NCBI GenBank assembly: GCA_963765495.1
Contig: CAVXWP010000004.1
Span: 128,001-192,000, forward strand
Length of the DNA stretch: 64,000 nt
Source of the DNA: Blastocatellia bacterium
Lineage (GTDB): Bacteria; Acidobacteriota; Blastocatellia; UBA7656
Direction: 5' to 3'
Shown: positions 1 through 9,813 of the stretch, in pieces
Numbering within the stretch: position 1 is the stretch's first letter
Layout of the letters: every line of letters starts with the position of its first letter
The notes under the pieces: model-generated
The model's database searches: none
The model's input: the letters and a program-made list of their open reading frames with translations, nothing else
Told to the model about the DNA's origin: nothing
Program-made: the position numbers and the translations under genes

Positions 1-1377
1 AGACCCGTCCAGATCATCACGTCCCGTCCATTGTTTCCAGATGCCGCCCGATTGCGTAAACAACCGCAGACCTTCAACCTGGACCGGCGCGCGTGGCAGC
101 GTCAATCTCTGTTCGGGTCGCCCGTTACCTGTGCCTGCAAGCGCCACCCGTATTGTGATCTGCCCTTCTTTTGTTCCATCCGGCCCGTCATAGGCGAGTA
201 TCATCACCTCTGGATTATCGGGCGCGCCCGCCTCATCGAAAAACTCAAGCGCAGTGATTGTGCCGCCTGCGTTCAACGTCATGTTTAATCGCGTAGTCGC
301 GCCGGGAGTCGGCTCCGTCCCGACCACCGTCACACTGGCGGCGATTTTGAAACGCTGCCACACGGGCACGGCCTGCTCTATGATGACGCCGTTCGTAGTT
401 ATGTCGGCCAACTGCGGAGAGGCATCATAAGAGCCCCGCTCCAACCGACAACGGAGATAAAAGAGCGACTCGTCGCCCACATTTCCGAGATCAGTTTTAG
501 CGATGTTCGCGGGCAGATTGATTTCGACTATGCCGTCGAGCGTCAGTGATCTCGTGTCGTCCATCACCTGCCCTATATCGGGTCGCGCAAACCCCTCAAC
601 AACCTCGAGCCGGGTCCACTCCTCGGGGCTGCCTCCTGTAAAGCATTCCCAGATCACACGCGCCGAATGATGCGGCGGCGGGTTTAACATCTCGGGCAGT
701 TGATCGGATTCCGCGCAGGCGAAATCGGGCAGGACGTGACGACAGGCTTCGCGTTGCGCCGCAGCTTCGGCTACGATGCGCGCTCGTTCCGCGCTTCCGC
801 CTTCGGGCGTTCCGGTGAAAAAGGCAAGCGCCACAGGCGTTTCGACGGGCAAAACTGCAAAGCCCAGATAAAGCGCCGCGCCGGGGCTTGGAGCCGGACC
901 AAACGGCAGGATCGCCAGATTGTCACGGCGGTCGCTCGTCCGATTGATAATGATTCCATCGCCCGTGTCTACCTGTAAGACGCTCAATTCGACAACCGAA
1001 ACATTTATATCCCGCGTCGTGCAAAACGGGGTTGAGGTATTGTCAGAACCCACGGCCTCAAACTCGGCTCCCGCCGGTATGAGAAAAGAAGGCGTCGCGG
1101 CCTCCGGCGTGAAGGATAAGACTCCTTGAGAGGGGCGAGGCGGAAGCGGATGAAATCCTACAAGAGCGAGAAACTTTCGCCGATGTCGTTCGGGTATCTG
1201 GTTAGTCCGGTAGATGTCGGACTCGACCAGCCAGGCAAATAATTCTATAAGCGTGATGCCGGGGTCGTGGATGTTATGGTCGGTCCAGTTCGGCGCGTAG
1301 CGCGGAATCAGGGCGCGGCCTTCTTCGACAAGATCGGCCCATCGGCGCGTATCGAGATTTGGTAACGGGAGAGGCAT
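1..1377 (-). CDS. Baseplate J-like assembly protein (Afp11-like), 3' end outside the window
   Basis: Absent from the ORF track; read manually from the ATG at 1377: MPLPLPNLDTRRWADLVEEGRALIPRYAPNWTDHNIHDPGITLIELFAWL, the typical WTDHNxxDPGITL N-terminus. The frame appears open to position 1. Confidence 0.9.
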   Translation of the reverse strand, partial: MPLPLPNLDTRRWADLVEEGRALIPRYAPNWTDHNIHDPGITLIELFAWLVESDIYRTNQIPERHRRKFLALVGFHPLPPRPSQGVLSFTPEAATPSFLIPAGAEFEAVGSDNTSTPFCTTRDINVSVVELSVLQVDTGDGIIINRTSDRRDNLAILPFGPAPSPGAALYLGFAVLPVETPVALAFFTGTPEGGSAERARIVAEAAAQREACRHVLPDFACAESDQLPEMLNPPPHHSARVIWECFTGGSPEEWTRLEVVEGFARPDIGQVMDDTRSLTLDGIVEINLPANIAKTDLGNVGDESLFYLRCRLERGSYDASPQLADITTNGVIIEQAVPVWQRFKIAASVTVVGTEPTPGATTRLNMTLNAGGTITALEFFDEAGAPDNPEVMILAYDGPDGTKEGQITIRVALAGTGNGRPEQRLTLPRAPVQVEGLRLFTQSGGIWKQWTGRDDLDGS

Positions 1378-1381
1378 AGAA

Positions 1382-4300
1382 TTATCCTTCGCTCGCTCTC
1401 AGTTTTATCTGCAAAGGCCCGGCAACCACTATGCGGTTTACAGGCACCTCGACCTTCTCTCCTTGCGGCGTTTCGCCGACCAGCAGATTTATCGTTTCGA
1501 CATAATCCACCCCTTCGATTGCTTCCAGAACCGCAGCTACATCCGAGAGGTAAACGCCGCGCCCGAAGTCCCAGCCCGCGCCTTCCGGCCCGCCCGTGAG
1601 CGGATGGAGGAAACGGGCAAGCGCCAGCCCGACTCGTTCGCCTACAGGTCCGGCCTCTGATGGATTGAGCGCGGCAACGACCGCCTCTACGCCGATAGGC
1701 AGGTAAACCGGTCCGATGACGGCCAGCCCGCCCATCGATGCGGGGCTTCGAGCGAGCAGGAAATCTCTCACGCGGCGGCGCAATTCAAACGAGGGTTGCG
1801 GCTGGGCATCGTTGCTTTGAGGCACGATGACGAGTGTCACCCATCCGGGCGCGGGGCGTCCGTTGGGATGAGTTCCAGGCAGCGCGCGGGCCGAGGCGAC
1901 AGCGGGCGAAGCCTCGCGCGCGAGCGTCTCGAAATCCGCCCGCGTAAGAGCTTGATGCCGATGACGTATCACTTGCGGGCCGCGCCTGAGCACGGATTCG
2001 ACCGATTCGGTATCCGCGCCGCCCTCGGCCGCTCGCGGATTTGTGATGCTCGACGCCACCACGCCGCTCAACAACTGTGAAATGCTCCCCGCCGATACGT
2101 TGCCTGCCAGCCCGCCGCCGGAGCGATAATTCAGGGCGCGAATATTGTCCGCGCCCGCCGGTGGGATGCGGCCACGCGCCCCGTCGCCAAAGATGATTCG
2201 CCCTTGCGTGCGCTCTATTACCAGATCGCGATCACCGGGGCCTGAGAAAAAGAGGTTTGGGCGAACGCGCCAGCGGACCCACGCCTCCGAGACCTGCCCG
2301 CTGCGGCGATCCGTAACCGTGCGAATGTCGGCGTCGGTCATCCCTTCGCGCAAGATTTCATCACGCAGGATAGGCAACTCGACAGCGGCGCGCGGGCCTT
2401 CAAGTTCCCGCACCTCGACCGCTTCGCCTTCAAGCACCGGAGTGTGACGGAAAAAGAGCACCTCTCCGGCCTGCGCGCCGCTTGAACCAAGCAATTCGTT
2501 TTCGATGGTTTGAGTTTGAGTCGCCCAGACTGAATTCGGATGAATGCCTCGAAACTCCGAGCGCGGCGGTTCGTCTTCAAACTCAAGTCGGGCGCGCATC
2601 CACGCGCGAGGCACGCCAAAACGCGGCAGAGAGGCAAGACTCACCGTCGCGCGGCCATAGGTCTGCTCAAGCGGTGTCTTGAACGTCAATTTATCGCGGC
2701 TGACCCCTGTGACAATCGCCATCTCGCCGTTGCCCTCTTCGGAGATGTAAATCAGATTGCCCGGTTTGAAGCGCGCAGCCTGCCGCGCATCACTCAACTG
2801 CGCATCGGTCCCTCCCGCTTTCAAAACCGAGGCCAACAAAGCAGGCTCGACGCCCGGCCAGACGGCTGCGATCATTCCCGGCAGCGCGAGACTAGAGGTT
2901 CCGTCTTCGACACTCAAGGGCAGCCATTGCTCACCGTCGTGATACTCCCACTTGAGGGCCGGTCCTTTTGTTTGTTCCGCAACCTCTTCGATATTGAAAT
3001 ATAGGCTGATCAGGTCGGCCGGGAGCGGGCGGTCGAATCCGAGATAGAGCGCCGGAGTGCGATCATCCGTAGGTTTATATGGATCGAAAGGCGGACCCGA
3101 AAAATCCGCACTTTTCATATGATCCCTGAATTGAAAATCGTTGAATGAAAGACAATCCTCGGGCGCGGTCTTTGGCGACTTGTAGACATAACCAAGATAA
3201 AACCCTTCTATCGAAGGCGGCCTCGGCTCTACGACCGACATCAGGTTGACTTTATTCGACACCGCATCGTGCCAGCTTACGATACGCAGGCGACCATAGG
3301 TGCCGTCATCGAGCCTCACGCGCATCCAGCGCGCGGTCACATCATTGACTGTCGCAGGTTTAAAGTCGGCGGGAACGGTGAAAGAGACTACACCCCCGCC
3401 TGTAAAATTTGTAGCCTTGTCATTAACCGGCCCAAGAAGCCGCTTCCAGCCGGTCCCGTTCCAGTATTCCCAGACGAGACGCGGAGGAGCGAGCGCCTTG
3501 TCCTCTTTTCCGACCGTGCCCGCGCCTTCGAGCCCCCAGAGCGTTTCGAGCGGCGTGAGTATCGCCTGCGCGTTTGTCGAAGCCGTGTGCAGCAACCCTA
3601 CGAGTTGCGCGGGTTTATCAGAGTTGGAGGCGAACGGAATAAGATCGAAGAGGAAGCTCTCGAAATCATGGTCTATGGCCTTGACCGCCGCATCGGCCAG
3701 ATCGGCCAGATCGCTAAGAGCGGTGATCTCGGTCAGGTCTGCGGTAGCGGCTTCCAGTTGCGTTACCTCCGTGAGCCCCTGAATAAAGATCAGGCTGGTC
3801 AGATCGAGGATGATAAGGCTTCGAGCCGCATCGCTCACGGTGCGGGCCGCCCACCTCGCGGCGTTAAGCACAGGATCGCGCGCCGATGCGGCGACGAGCG
3901 CCCCAAGCTTGGCGAGCGAGTCGAGCGCGTCCTGCGCCCGCGAGGTGATCTTGACCGTGAATTTCCCCGCCGCATCCATCAACTCTTTGAGCTTCTTGGC
4001 TCCATTCTGGGAAATACTCAACACGATGATCGAAGCGGCTATCTGAGGCTGCATGTCATCAATTGCCTGCACCACATCCGTGATCGCGCTGCTCAGGGAG
4101 GCGAAGTCGGGATTGGCCTGCATGGCGTTTTTCTTGTTTTCAAGCTCCGTGATCTTATCTGAGAGCGCGTTTACCGGCCCCTGTGGTGGTTGATTCGGGT
4201 CGATCAGCACCGATTCGGCGAGGCTTCGGGCGCTCTTGCCCGCATCAATGACAGCCTGGGCCGCTTTGTCTGTCGTGTCGAGAATAAGCTTTCTGGCCGA

Positions 4301-5425
4301 CTCTTCGAGCAATTCGGCCTCAAGCTTATCGGCTTCCTCTTCGGGCGTTACGGCGCGGCTGAAACATATCTTCACCTGAGCGCCCGGTTTGCTAAAAATC
4401 TCTTCGCTTGCAAAATAGAAGGCGCTGTTATGATCGGCGTTTTTCCCAAACGGAGAGAAAGGCTTTGACACGTCTAGTTTGCTGCCGTTTGCGAAAGCCT
4501 GATCGGGCTGAATGTCTCCGCCACATCCGAAAATGCTCTTATGAAGAGGTCGTTCGATTACGCTTCGCGCAAGTATACGATCAACTGCGGGAAGTTCGCT
4601 GCCGGGCTGAGGCGGGAGCGGCTCGGTCAACCGCCCGCGCACCCAGAAATTTTCAATCCCGTTTACCTTTGTCTTAACCGCGTCCCCGCACTCGGTCATC
4701 AGCCGGATTACCCCGCTGCGCGACAGCCCGTCGGTGCCGTCGAAACTCTGCCCCGCCTGATCCTTTGCGCTGAACTCCTTGAAACCCTGCCATCGCTCTC
4801 CATCCCAATACTCCCACGCGACCGCGAGTTTTCGACCGCCGCGAGCGAGATCGAGATAAAGCTCGACCGTAGCCTTTCCCACAAGCGAAAAAGTTATACT
4901 GTGAGAGAGGTAGAGTTCGTGCGCCATCGGCTTAAGCGGCTCGAAAAGCGTAAACGTTTCGCCGCGAGCGGAGGCCGCGCTGTGGTCTGCATAGGAATCG
5001 CGACCGGGCCAGACCGTAACGATTTCGGCAAGCCGGGCCTGAGCAAGAGCAATATCGCGTTCGGTTTCAAATATCAGCGGCTGAGACTCGCCGGGCCGTT
5101 TTGCGCCCACGCGAGTGCGAGCAGGCACACGCCCATCGCCTACGCCGGTCATCGCTTGAAATAGAACCGGAGCGCGTGCCGCCTGCGCGGGCAACAGGTT
5201 GACCCCGAGCAGGTCGAGAAAACCGAGTTCGTTCTTTTCAGGCGCTTGATTTAGCCTTTCGATCAGGCTTTCAAGATAGCGCGCAAATACCTGAAAGAGG
5301 GCCATTGGCGGGCTGCCCTCCGCAGGCATCCAGCCGGGCAGATAACCGGGCATACGCGCAAGCAGTTCCCTCAGCAGGGAGCGCGAGACGCGCGCATCAA
5401 GTTTTGGAGTCGCATCGCAGGTCAC
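1382..5425 (-). CDS. Large baseplate J-like protein (1347 aa) with inserted domains
   Basis: RLNQAPEKN..FLDLLG N-terminus; FGDG..GRIPP, YRSGGG..GNV and NP..A.GG.D.ES..RA.T..DFE baseplate-J motifs; GTG start overlaps the gp25 stop (GTGA). Confidence 0.9.
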   Translation of the reverse strand: MTCDATPKLDARVSRSLLRELLARMPGYLPGWMPAEGSPPMALFQVFARYLESLIERLNQAPEKNELGFLDLLGVNLLPAQAARAPVLFQAMTGVGDGRVPARTRVGAKRPGESQPLIFETERDIALAQARLAEIVTVWPGRDSYADHSAASARGETFTLFEPLKPMAHELYLSHSITFSLVGKATVELYLDLARGGRKLAVAWEYWDGERWQGFKEFSAKDQAGQSFDGTDGLSRSGVIRLMTECGDAVKTKVNGIENFWVRGRLTEPLPPQPGSELPAVDRILARSVIERPLHKSIFGCGGDIQPDQAFANGSKLDVSKPFSPFGKNADHNSAFYFASEEIFSKPGAQVKICFSRAVTPEEEADKLEAELLEESARKLILDTTDKAAQAVIDAGKSARSLAESVLIDPNQPPQGPVNALSDKITELENKKNAMQANPDFASLSSAITDVVQAIDDMQPQIAASIIVLSISQNGAKKLKELMDAAGKFTVKITSRAQDALDSLAKLGALVAASARDPVLNAARWAARTVSDAARSLIILDLTSLIFIQGLTEVTQLEAATADLTEITALSDLADLADAAVKAIDHDFESFLFDLIPFASNSDKPAQLVGLLHTASTNAQAILTPLETLWGLEGAGTVGKEDKALAPPRLVWEYWNGTGWKRLLGPVNDKATNFTGGGVVSFTVPADFKPATVNDVTARWMRVRLDDGTYGRLRIVSWHDAVSNKVNLMSVVEPRPPSIEGFYLGYVYKSPKTAPEDCLSFNDFQFRDHMKSADFSGPPFDPYKPTDDRTPALYLGFDRPLPADLISLYFNIEEVAEQTKGPALKWEYHDGEQWLPLSVEDGTSSLALPGMIAAVWPGVEPALLASVLKAGGTDAQLSDARQAARFKPGNLIYISEEGNGEMAIVTGVSRDKLTFKTPLEQTYGRATVSLASLPRFGVPRAWMRARLEFEDEPPRSEFRGIHPNSVWATQTQTIENELLGSSGAQAGEVLFFRHTPVLEGEAVEVRELEGPRAAVELPILRDEILREGMTDADIRTVTDRRSGQVSEAWVRWRVRPNLFFSGPGDRDLVIERTQGRIIFGDGARGRIPPAGADNIRALNYRSGGGLAGNVSAGSISQLLSGVVASSITNPRAAEGGADTESVESVLRRGPQVIRHRHQALTRADFETLAREASPAVASARALPGTHPNGRPAPGWVTLVIVPQSNDAQPQPSFELRRRVRDFLLARSPASMGGLAVIGPVYLPIGVEAVVAALNPSEAGPVGERVGLALARFLHPLTGGPEGAGWDFGRGVYLSDVAAVLEAIEGVDYVETINLLVGETPQGEKVEVPVNRIVVAGPLQIKLRASEG

Positions 5426-5832
5426 GTTCGCTTGTCCTCCAAAAGGTAAAACGGGTAGACGAGGTTATAAAATGTATTCGTGGTCCGAACGCGGTAATTG
5501 ATCTCGATAAGCAAACGGCCCTGCGACTGGTCTGCGCTTACGCTGACTGTGATCCTGTCTATTCTGGGCTCCCAGGTGATAAGCGCTTCTTCCACGCGAT
5601 GACGCGCAAGCGCCATCGTAGTCGTGTTTATCGGCTCGAAGGCGAGCGCGTTCAAATCCGCGCCAAAATCCGGGCGCATAAGGCGCTCGCCTCGAGCCGT
5701 CCCCAGAATAATCATGATGGCCTGTTGAATGTCTTCGCCGTCGTCGGCAAGCGCAAGTTCGCCCGTCGAGCCCAGTCCAATAGGAAAGCCCCAGCCCCGA
5801 CCAAGAAAAGCTTTGTCATCTGTTTCCGCCAT
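5422..5832 (-). CDS. GPW/gp25 family baseplate wedge protein (Afp9-like)
   Basis: FLGRGWGFP, IL.T..GER.MRPDFG, WEPRI and NLVYPFYL motifs. Confidence 0.95.
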   Translation of the reverse strand: MAETDDKAFLGRGWGFPIGLGSTGELALADDGEDIQQAIMIILGTARGERLMRPDFGADLNALAFEPINTTTMALARHRVEEALITWEPRIDRITVSVSADQSQGRLLIEINYRVRTTNTFYNLVYPFYLLEDKRT

Positions 5833-5863
5833 CCTCTGTAAATCACTCCTTCAGAATCAATAC

Positions 5864-6149
5864 TTTTTTGACAGGATTAGATTGGATTGAACAAGAATCT
5901 TGTCTAAATCACTCCGCAAGAGATTGGTACAAATGAGTGTGAATGAAATGCATCTCGGAATAGGCCGGGACGGACGCGGATCGGGCGGATTTTCGCGGAT
6001 TAGCTCATAGTGGGTCAGATCCGCGTTGATCCGCCCGATCCGCGTCCGTCCCGGCCTATTTCTGATTACCATACTTTGGAGTCTCATTTGTACCAATCTT
6101 TTGCATTCCGATTTAGTTCAATCTATTCCTGTTAATCCTGTTTAAAAAA
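5864..6149. repeat. Nested inverted-repeat (palindromic) element between PAAR and gp25
   Basis: Inner IR 5959-5990/6029-6060, middle IR 5916-5937/6083-6104, outer imperfect IR 5864-5892/6116-6149. Confidence 0.85.
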
Positions 6150-6199
6150 TTCATCTCTTCACACACACTTTCATCTATATCAATACCTTCCCGCTTGAT

Positions 6200-6481
6200 T
6201 CAGCCGCCGATCAGCACGGTGAATGCGCCTGCCACGATGGGCGCTCCGCAGCCTGATATATCGCCCAGCCGCAACGCGGGTCGCCCGCCGATAAAGACAT
6301 TTGCGCTGCCTTTTGCAAACGGCGTGGGCGGGTGCGGCCCGGCCACAGGCGGCATCGCGCAGGTGTGCAGGTCTCCAACAACAGCCGCGGGCTGCCCGCC
6401 TATCAATACATTCGCAACACCGGGACCGCTCACCATACCGGGATGGCCTGTCGGATCGTTGATTCGCGCTGCTGGCGGCAT
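6200..6481 (-). CDS. PAAR domain spike tip protein
   Basis: MPPAARIND, GQPAAVVGD and GRPALRLGD repeats with His/Cys metal ligands. Confidence 0.95.
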   Translation of the reverse strand: MPPAARINDPTGHPGMVSGPGVANVLIGGQPAAVVGDLHTCAMPPVAGPHPPTPFAKGSANVFIGGRPALRLGDISGCGAPIVAGAFTVLIGG

Positions 6482-6491
6482 ATTCGTCTCC

Positions 6492-7187
6492 TTATGAATT
6501 TATCTTCACCATTCCTGCGGTGATCGCCGCTTCCATTAAGGCTGTTAAGTCAATGTTGCTCGATAGCAGACTAATGTTTTTGAAATCGAGCGTCAGACTG
6601 GTTACTCCTACCTGCAGGGTGATACTTTTCTGATCGATGGTCAGGCTGTTTACCCCGACCTGAAGCGTGATCTTCAAGGGCGACATTATTTCTACCCCCG
6701 TGGGCGAGAGCCTGAGCGTCTGATGAGGCCCGGTAGGCAAAGACGGCATTGGCATAGTGACGGGAGCCGTAGGCGGCGTTTGAATCGTGATTGCGGGCGG
6801 CAGTTCTTCAATCACGATCTGATTTCCGGCAAACGTGCGTATAGCCCTGACCTGCTGAAGCGGCGACGGCAAAGGCGGAAGCGCAACGGCATTCCACAGA
6901 CTCCCCAGTATGTAAGGCGCGTTGATATCGCCGTGTTCGAAGGCGACAAGGACTTCGGCTCCGATGTCGGGGATAAAATATGTGCCGTGAAACAGCCCGG
7001 CCATCGGCACGGCCACCCGCGCCCACGGGCTCAAATCGAGGCTGTCCACAAAAGGCAGTTGCACCTGCACTCGCCCAAGCGACATCGGATCAACCGGATT
7101 GATCACTTTCCCGGTTGTTACGCCAAAGAATTTCTTTTGCCCTTCTTCGACAGAAGATTCGAGTCTCTCTAGGAGTTCTTCAATCAT
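6492..7187 (-). CDS. Spike protein (phage baseplate assembly protein V / gp5 OB-fold plus short beta-helix)
   Basis: DP..LGRVQV..P, WARV, P..G.EVLVAFEHGD...PY.LG.LWN. Confidence 0.92.
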   Translation of the reverse strand: MIEELLERLESSVEEGQKKFFGVTTGKVINPVDPMSLGRVQVQLPFVDSLDLSPWARVAVPMAGLFHGTYFIPDIGAEVLVAFEHGDINAPYILGSLWNAVALPPLPSPLQQVRAIRTFAGNQIVIEELPPAITIQTPPTAPVTMPMPSLPTGPHQTLRLSPTGVEIMSPLKITLQVGVNSLTIDQKSITLQVGVTSLTLDFKNISLLSSNIDLTALMEAAITAGMVKINS

Positions 7188-8371
7188 GGGATCAATTCCT
7201 TTCTAACCTGGAAACTTGTCCGGTAGCCGCTCGCGTCTATCGTATGATTGGCGCTCGACACTCGATAATCGCCGCTGAAATCGGGTCCCAACCCTTCGAG
7301 GCGAATCACCGCGCCCGAACGTATTCGCGGATCGCCTACGCAGGAGCCGCTCCCTACCAGACGGTTATTGAGTTTGGTGCGTAGTTCGTGCGCGATGGCC
7401 AGAGCGCTATTTGCAATGTCGGCCGGGCTTCCCACGGGCCGGTTGATGATCGTAAAGACCGGGTCGCCTGTTGCGCCCGCCGGGGCAGCCACGCCGGGAA
7501 GCACAGAGATTCCTACCATCTCGCGATCAAAGTCGTAGAAGACCGACACCAGAAAATCGAGCGGTATCTCGCGCAGGGTGAACTTCATCGCCACGCCTGC
7601 CGCATCGCCTACCGTGCTTATCTTGGGCGAGAATTCGAGCAGCGATTCTCCCCACGTCAAGGTGAGTCGCGGCTCGTATTCCTTGAGAAAACGAGTGAGG
7701 TAAAGTACATCTCCTTCGACGTGAAATTCCGCATCATAGGTGTCGGCTATCTCGGTCAGCAGTTCAAGATGAGACTGCCCTTTTTGTTTGCGCCCGGTCC
7801 CGTTGAATATATAGTTGACCGCTGCCATTGCCGTAGATGCCTCCACCACTATCGGCTCTATGAATGGAAGAAGCAGATTCTCTATGCTCAGGATCGAAGC
7901 GATAATAAAATCGGGCAAAGGGCCAAACCCTCGGCCATAACTCCCCTTTGACAGCCTGTGAAGATAATCGTGCGCGATGATGGTCATAGTCGGCATCCCG
8001 CCGTTTGGAAAGCTCGCTTCGACGCCGGTTATCTCTCCTGAAAACAGGTCCTCCAGCGGGTCGGGCGAATAACCCATCGCCACGGTCAATTTATTGTCAA
8101 TATCAAATGTTCCAGCGGGCAACAGACCCGCCGAACTGACGGGGCCGATCTTTACGCCGGTCGGAAACGGCTGGAACCCCAGCCCGCGTATGTGCTCCTG
8201 CAACCACCGCAAATCGGGATTGGCCAGCCCGATCTCTACGCGGTCGGAGGCGCTTAACCCCTGCTCGTAACGGACGCTCGTAACGGCGGACCGCACGGTG
8301 GCCGGAAGATCACGGTCGCTTATGCGAATTTTGAACTCCGGCACGTATACCGGATAGCGTGATGATTTCAT
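7184..8371 (-). CDS. Phage late control D / gp27-like baseplate hub (N-terminal half of a split VgrG)
   Basis: MGY..LF.GEIT..E..FP..G.P and GDP.IR.G..I.L.GLG..FSG.Y.V....H.I...GY.T.F motifs; coupled to the spike gene. Confidence 0.88.
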   Translation of the reverse strand: MKSSRYPVYVPEFKIRISDRDLPATVRSAVTSVRYEQGLSASDRVEIGLANPDLRWLQEHIRGLGFQPFPTGVKIGPVSSAGLLPAGTFDIDNKLTVAMGYSPDPLEDLFSGEITGVEASFPNGGMPTMTIIAHDYLHRLSKGSYGRGFGPLPDFIIASILSIENLLLPFIEPIVVEASTAMAAVNYIFNGTGRKQKGQSHLELLTEIADTYDAEFHVEGDVLYLTRFLKEYEPRLTLTWGESLLEFSPKISTVGDAAGVAMKFTLREIPLDFLVSVFYDFDREMVGISVLPGVAAPAGATGDPVFTIINRPVGSPADIANSALAIAHELRTKLNNRLVGSGSCVGDPRIRSGAVIRLEGLGPDFSGDYRVSSANHTIDASGYRTSFQVRKELIP

Positions 8372-9054
8372 CTCAGGATGTCTCCGGTTTCGGGATCGCG
8401 GAACGGCAGCCGGGGAACCAGCAACCGTTCGCCTACGGCCAGTTCTCTCGGATTACTTATCCCGTTACGCAATGCAATTGGACGCCAGAGCGCCGCGTTG
8501 CTGTAGACGCGGGCGGCGATGCCGGATAGCGTTTCGCCTTGACCTACCAGATATATCTGAGAATAATCGGCCGTTTCTCGCTTGACCTCTTTTGCTTCAA
8601 GATCGGCATTGGTGAACTCGTTGAAGGTGACTTGCAATCGAGCGCGCAGCGGCACGCCGTCCTGTCGAAACATGATAAAACGCTGAGTGACCTTGGCCAG
8701 CACGCAGGTAAAAGTCAAAGAACCCCACGTAAAGACCAGCACAGGCGGCGCGTGCGTCTCGGGATTGATGTCGAGCAGAGCCACTATGCGCCCGGTCAGA
8801 TCGCGCACATCCTGCCCGGCCTGATTTATCGTCTTGCTCCCGGATTTGTGCGATTCGTATGTGTCTACAAGCAACTCCATCTCTAACGATTGCAGGTTGC
8901 CGTGGATGAATTGCAGAAGCGGCGAGCGCAATCCGGGCACGGCCATCTGGGCAAAGTTGTTATCCTTGCTCAAACTGTACTCTTCGGGGTTGAAGAGGAC
9001 TTCGATCTTCTCACCCGTATCGTTGTTTGTGATGAGCGCCTTTTCGAGCGACAT
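8368..9054 (-). CDS. CIS tube-initiator protein with C-terminal LysM domain (Afp7-like)
   Basis: FNPEEY, PP...F.WG, F..DG.PLRA; LysM motif V..GETLS.IA..Y....WR.IA..N.I.NP. Confidence 0.92.
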   Translation of the reverse strand: MSLEKALITNNDTGEKIEVLFNPEEYSLSKDNNFAQMAVPGLRSPLLQFIHGNLQSLEMELLVDTYESHKSGSKTINQAGQDVRDLTGRIVALLDINPETHAPPVLVFTWGSLTFTCVLAKVTQRFIMFRQDGVPLRARLQVTFNEFTNADLEAKEVKRETADYSQIYLVGQGETLSGIAARVYSNAALWRPIALRNGISNPRELAVGERLLVPRLPFRDPETGDILR

Positions 9055-9057
9055 TGA

Positions 9058-9657
9058 TTAACGTCTCCCCAACCGCTCGCGGTGAGCGTTTATGCGGCGA
9101 TCAATCGCCGTGACTACTTGATCCGTAAGGCGGTTGATGTCAACCGCGCTCAACCCCGTATGCGAAACGGGCGATTGCGTCTTTGCGGTTCGGGCGGCAG
9201 GATCGGCTCCCGATGACGCGTCTTCACGAACCGAAGCAGGCAAAGCGGAACGCACCACCACCTTTTCGAGATCGCGTATCGGAATCGCATCCGCTTGAGC
9301 CGGGGCTTGAGGCTGAGACCGAACAAACGCCTCGCTTGTTTCAATTCTCGTCGTCCGTTTTAACACCCGCTCAACGATGGCTTCCTCCCTGAAGACACGC
9401 TCAAGCGCAGGCGCGAGTGCTTGTATCGCGCCGGGATCGGTAGCAAAACGAGGAGCGCCCGTCGCCTGACGATTGACAACCGGGCTGAGTCGCAATGCGA
9501 TATGAATATCGGTCTGCGACCTGTTGCGCGTGACAAGCGTCAATCCACGCGTGCGTAGAAACACAAGTGGCTCGAAGCAGGAATGGTGCCGGGTTATGCC
9601 TTGCGCGGCGCGGGTTATTCTAATGTCTCGAAAAACTGTCTTCAGTCTGTCTGTCAT
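9058..9657 (-). CDS. Hypothetical eCIS protein
   Basis: Coupled to both neighbours; C-terminal DINRLTDQV..AIDRR..A.RERLG motif of the kind seen in eCIS loci. Confidence 0.7.
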   Translation of the reverse strand: MTDRLKTVFRDIRITRAAQGITRHHSCFEPLVFLRTRGLTLVTRNRSQTDIHIALRLSPVVNRQATGAPRFATDPGAIQALAPALERVFREEAIVERVLKRTTRIETSEAFVRSQPQAPAQADAIPIRDLEKVVVRSALPASVREDASSGADPAARTAKTQSPVSHTGLSAVDINRLTDQVVTAIDRRINAHRERLGRR

Positions 9658-9813
9658 GACTCGTTCATCCGGTTATTGATACTTGAGATTTCTCTCACCC
9701 AGCGGCGGCGGTCTTCGTGTTCGAGCCCCATTACCTGATCGTGCGGCCAGTGAAAGTGATACGTGACAAAGGCTACCTCCTCATAAAGCTGGTCGAGGGG
9801 GTAGCCTAGGATT
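9654..9813 (-). CDS. DUF6760-like small protein, probably the -1 frameshift extension of the tail chaperone
   Basis: YP.DQLYEEVAF..YHFHW....M.LEH..RRRWV.EI..IN motif; similarity begins right at the GGGGGAAT run. Confidence 0.75.

Noticed and set aside
5857-6096. 79-aa ORF in the PAAR-gp25 gap
   Set aside because: Lies wholly within the nested palindrome and has no protein-like features
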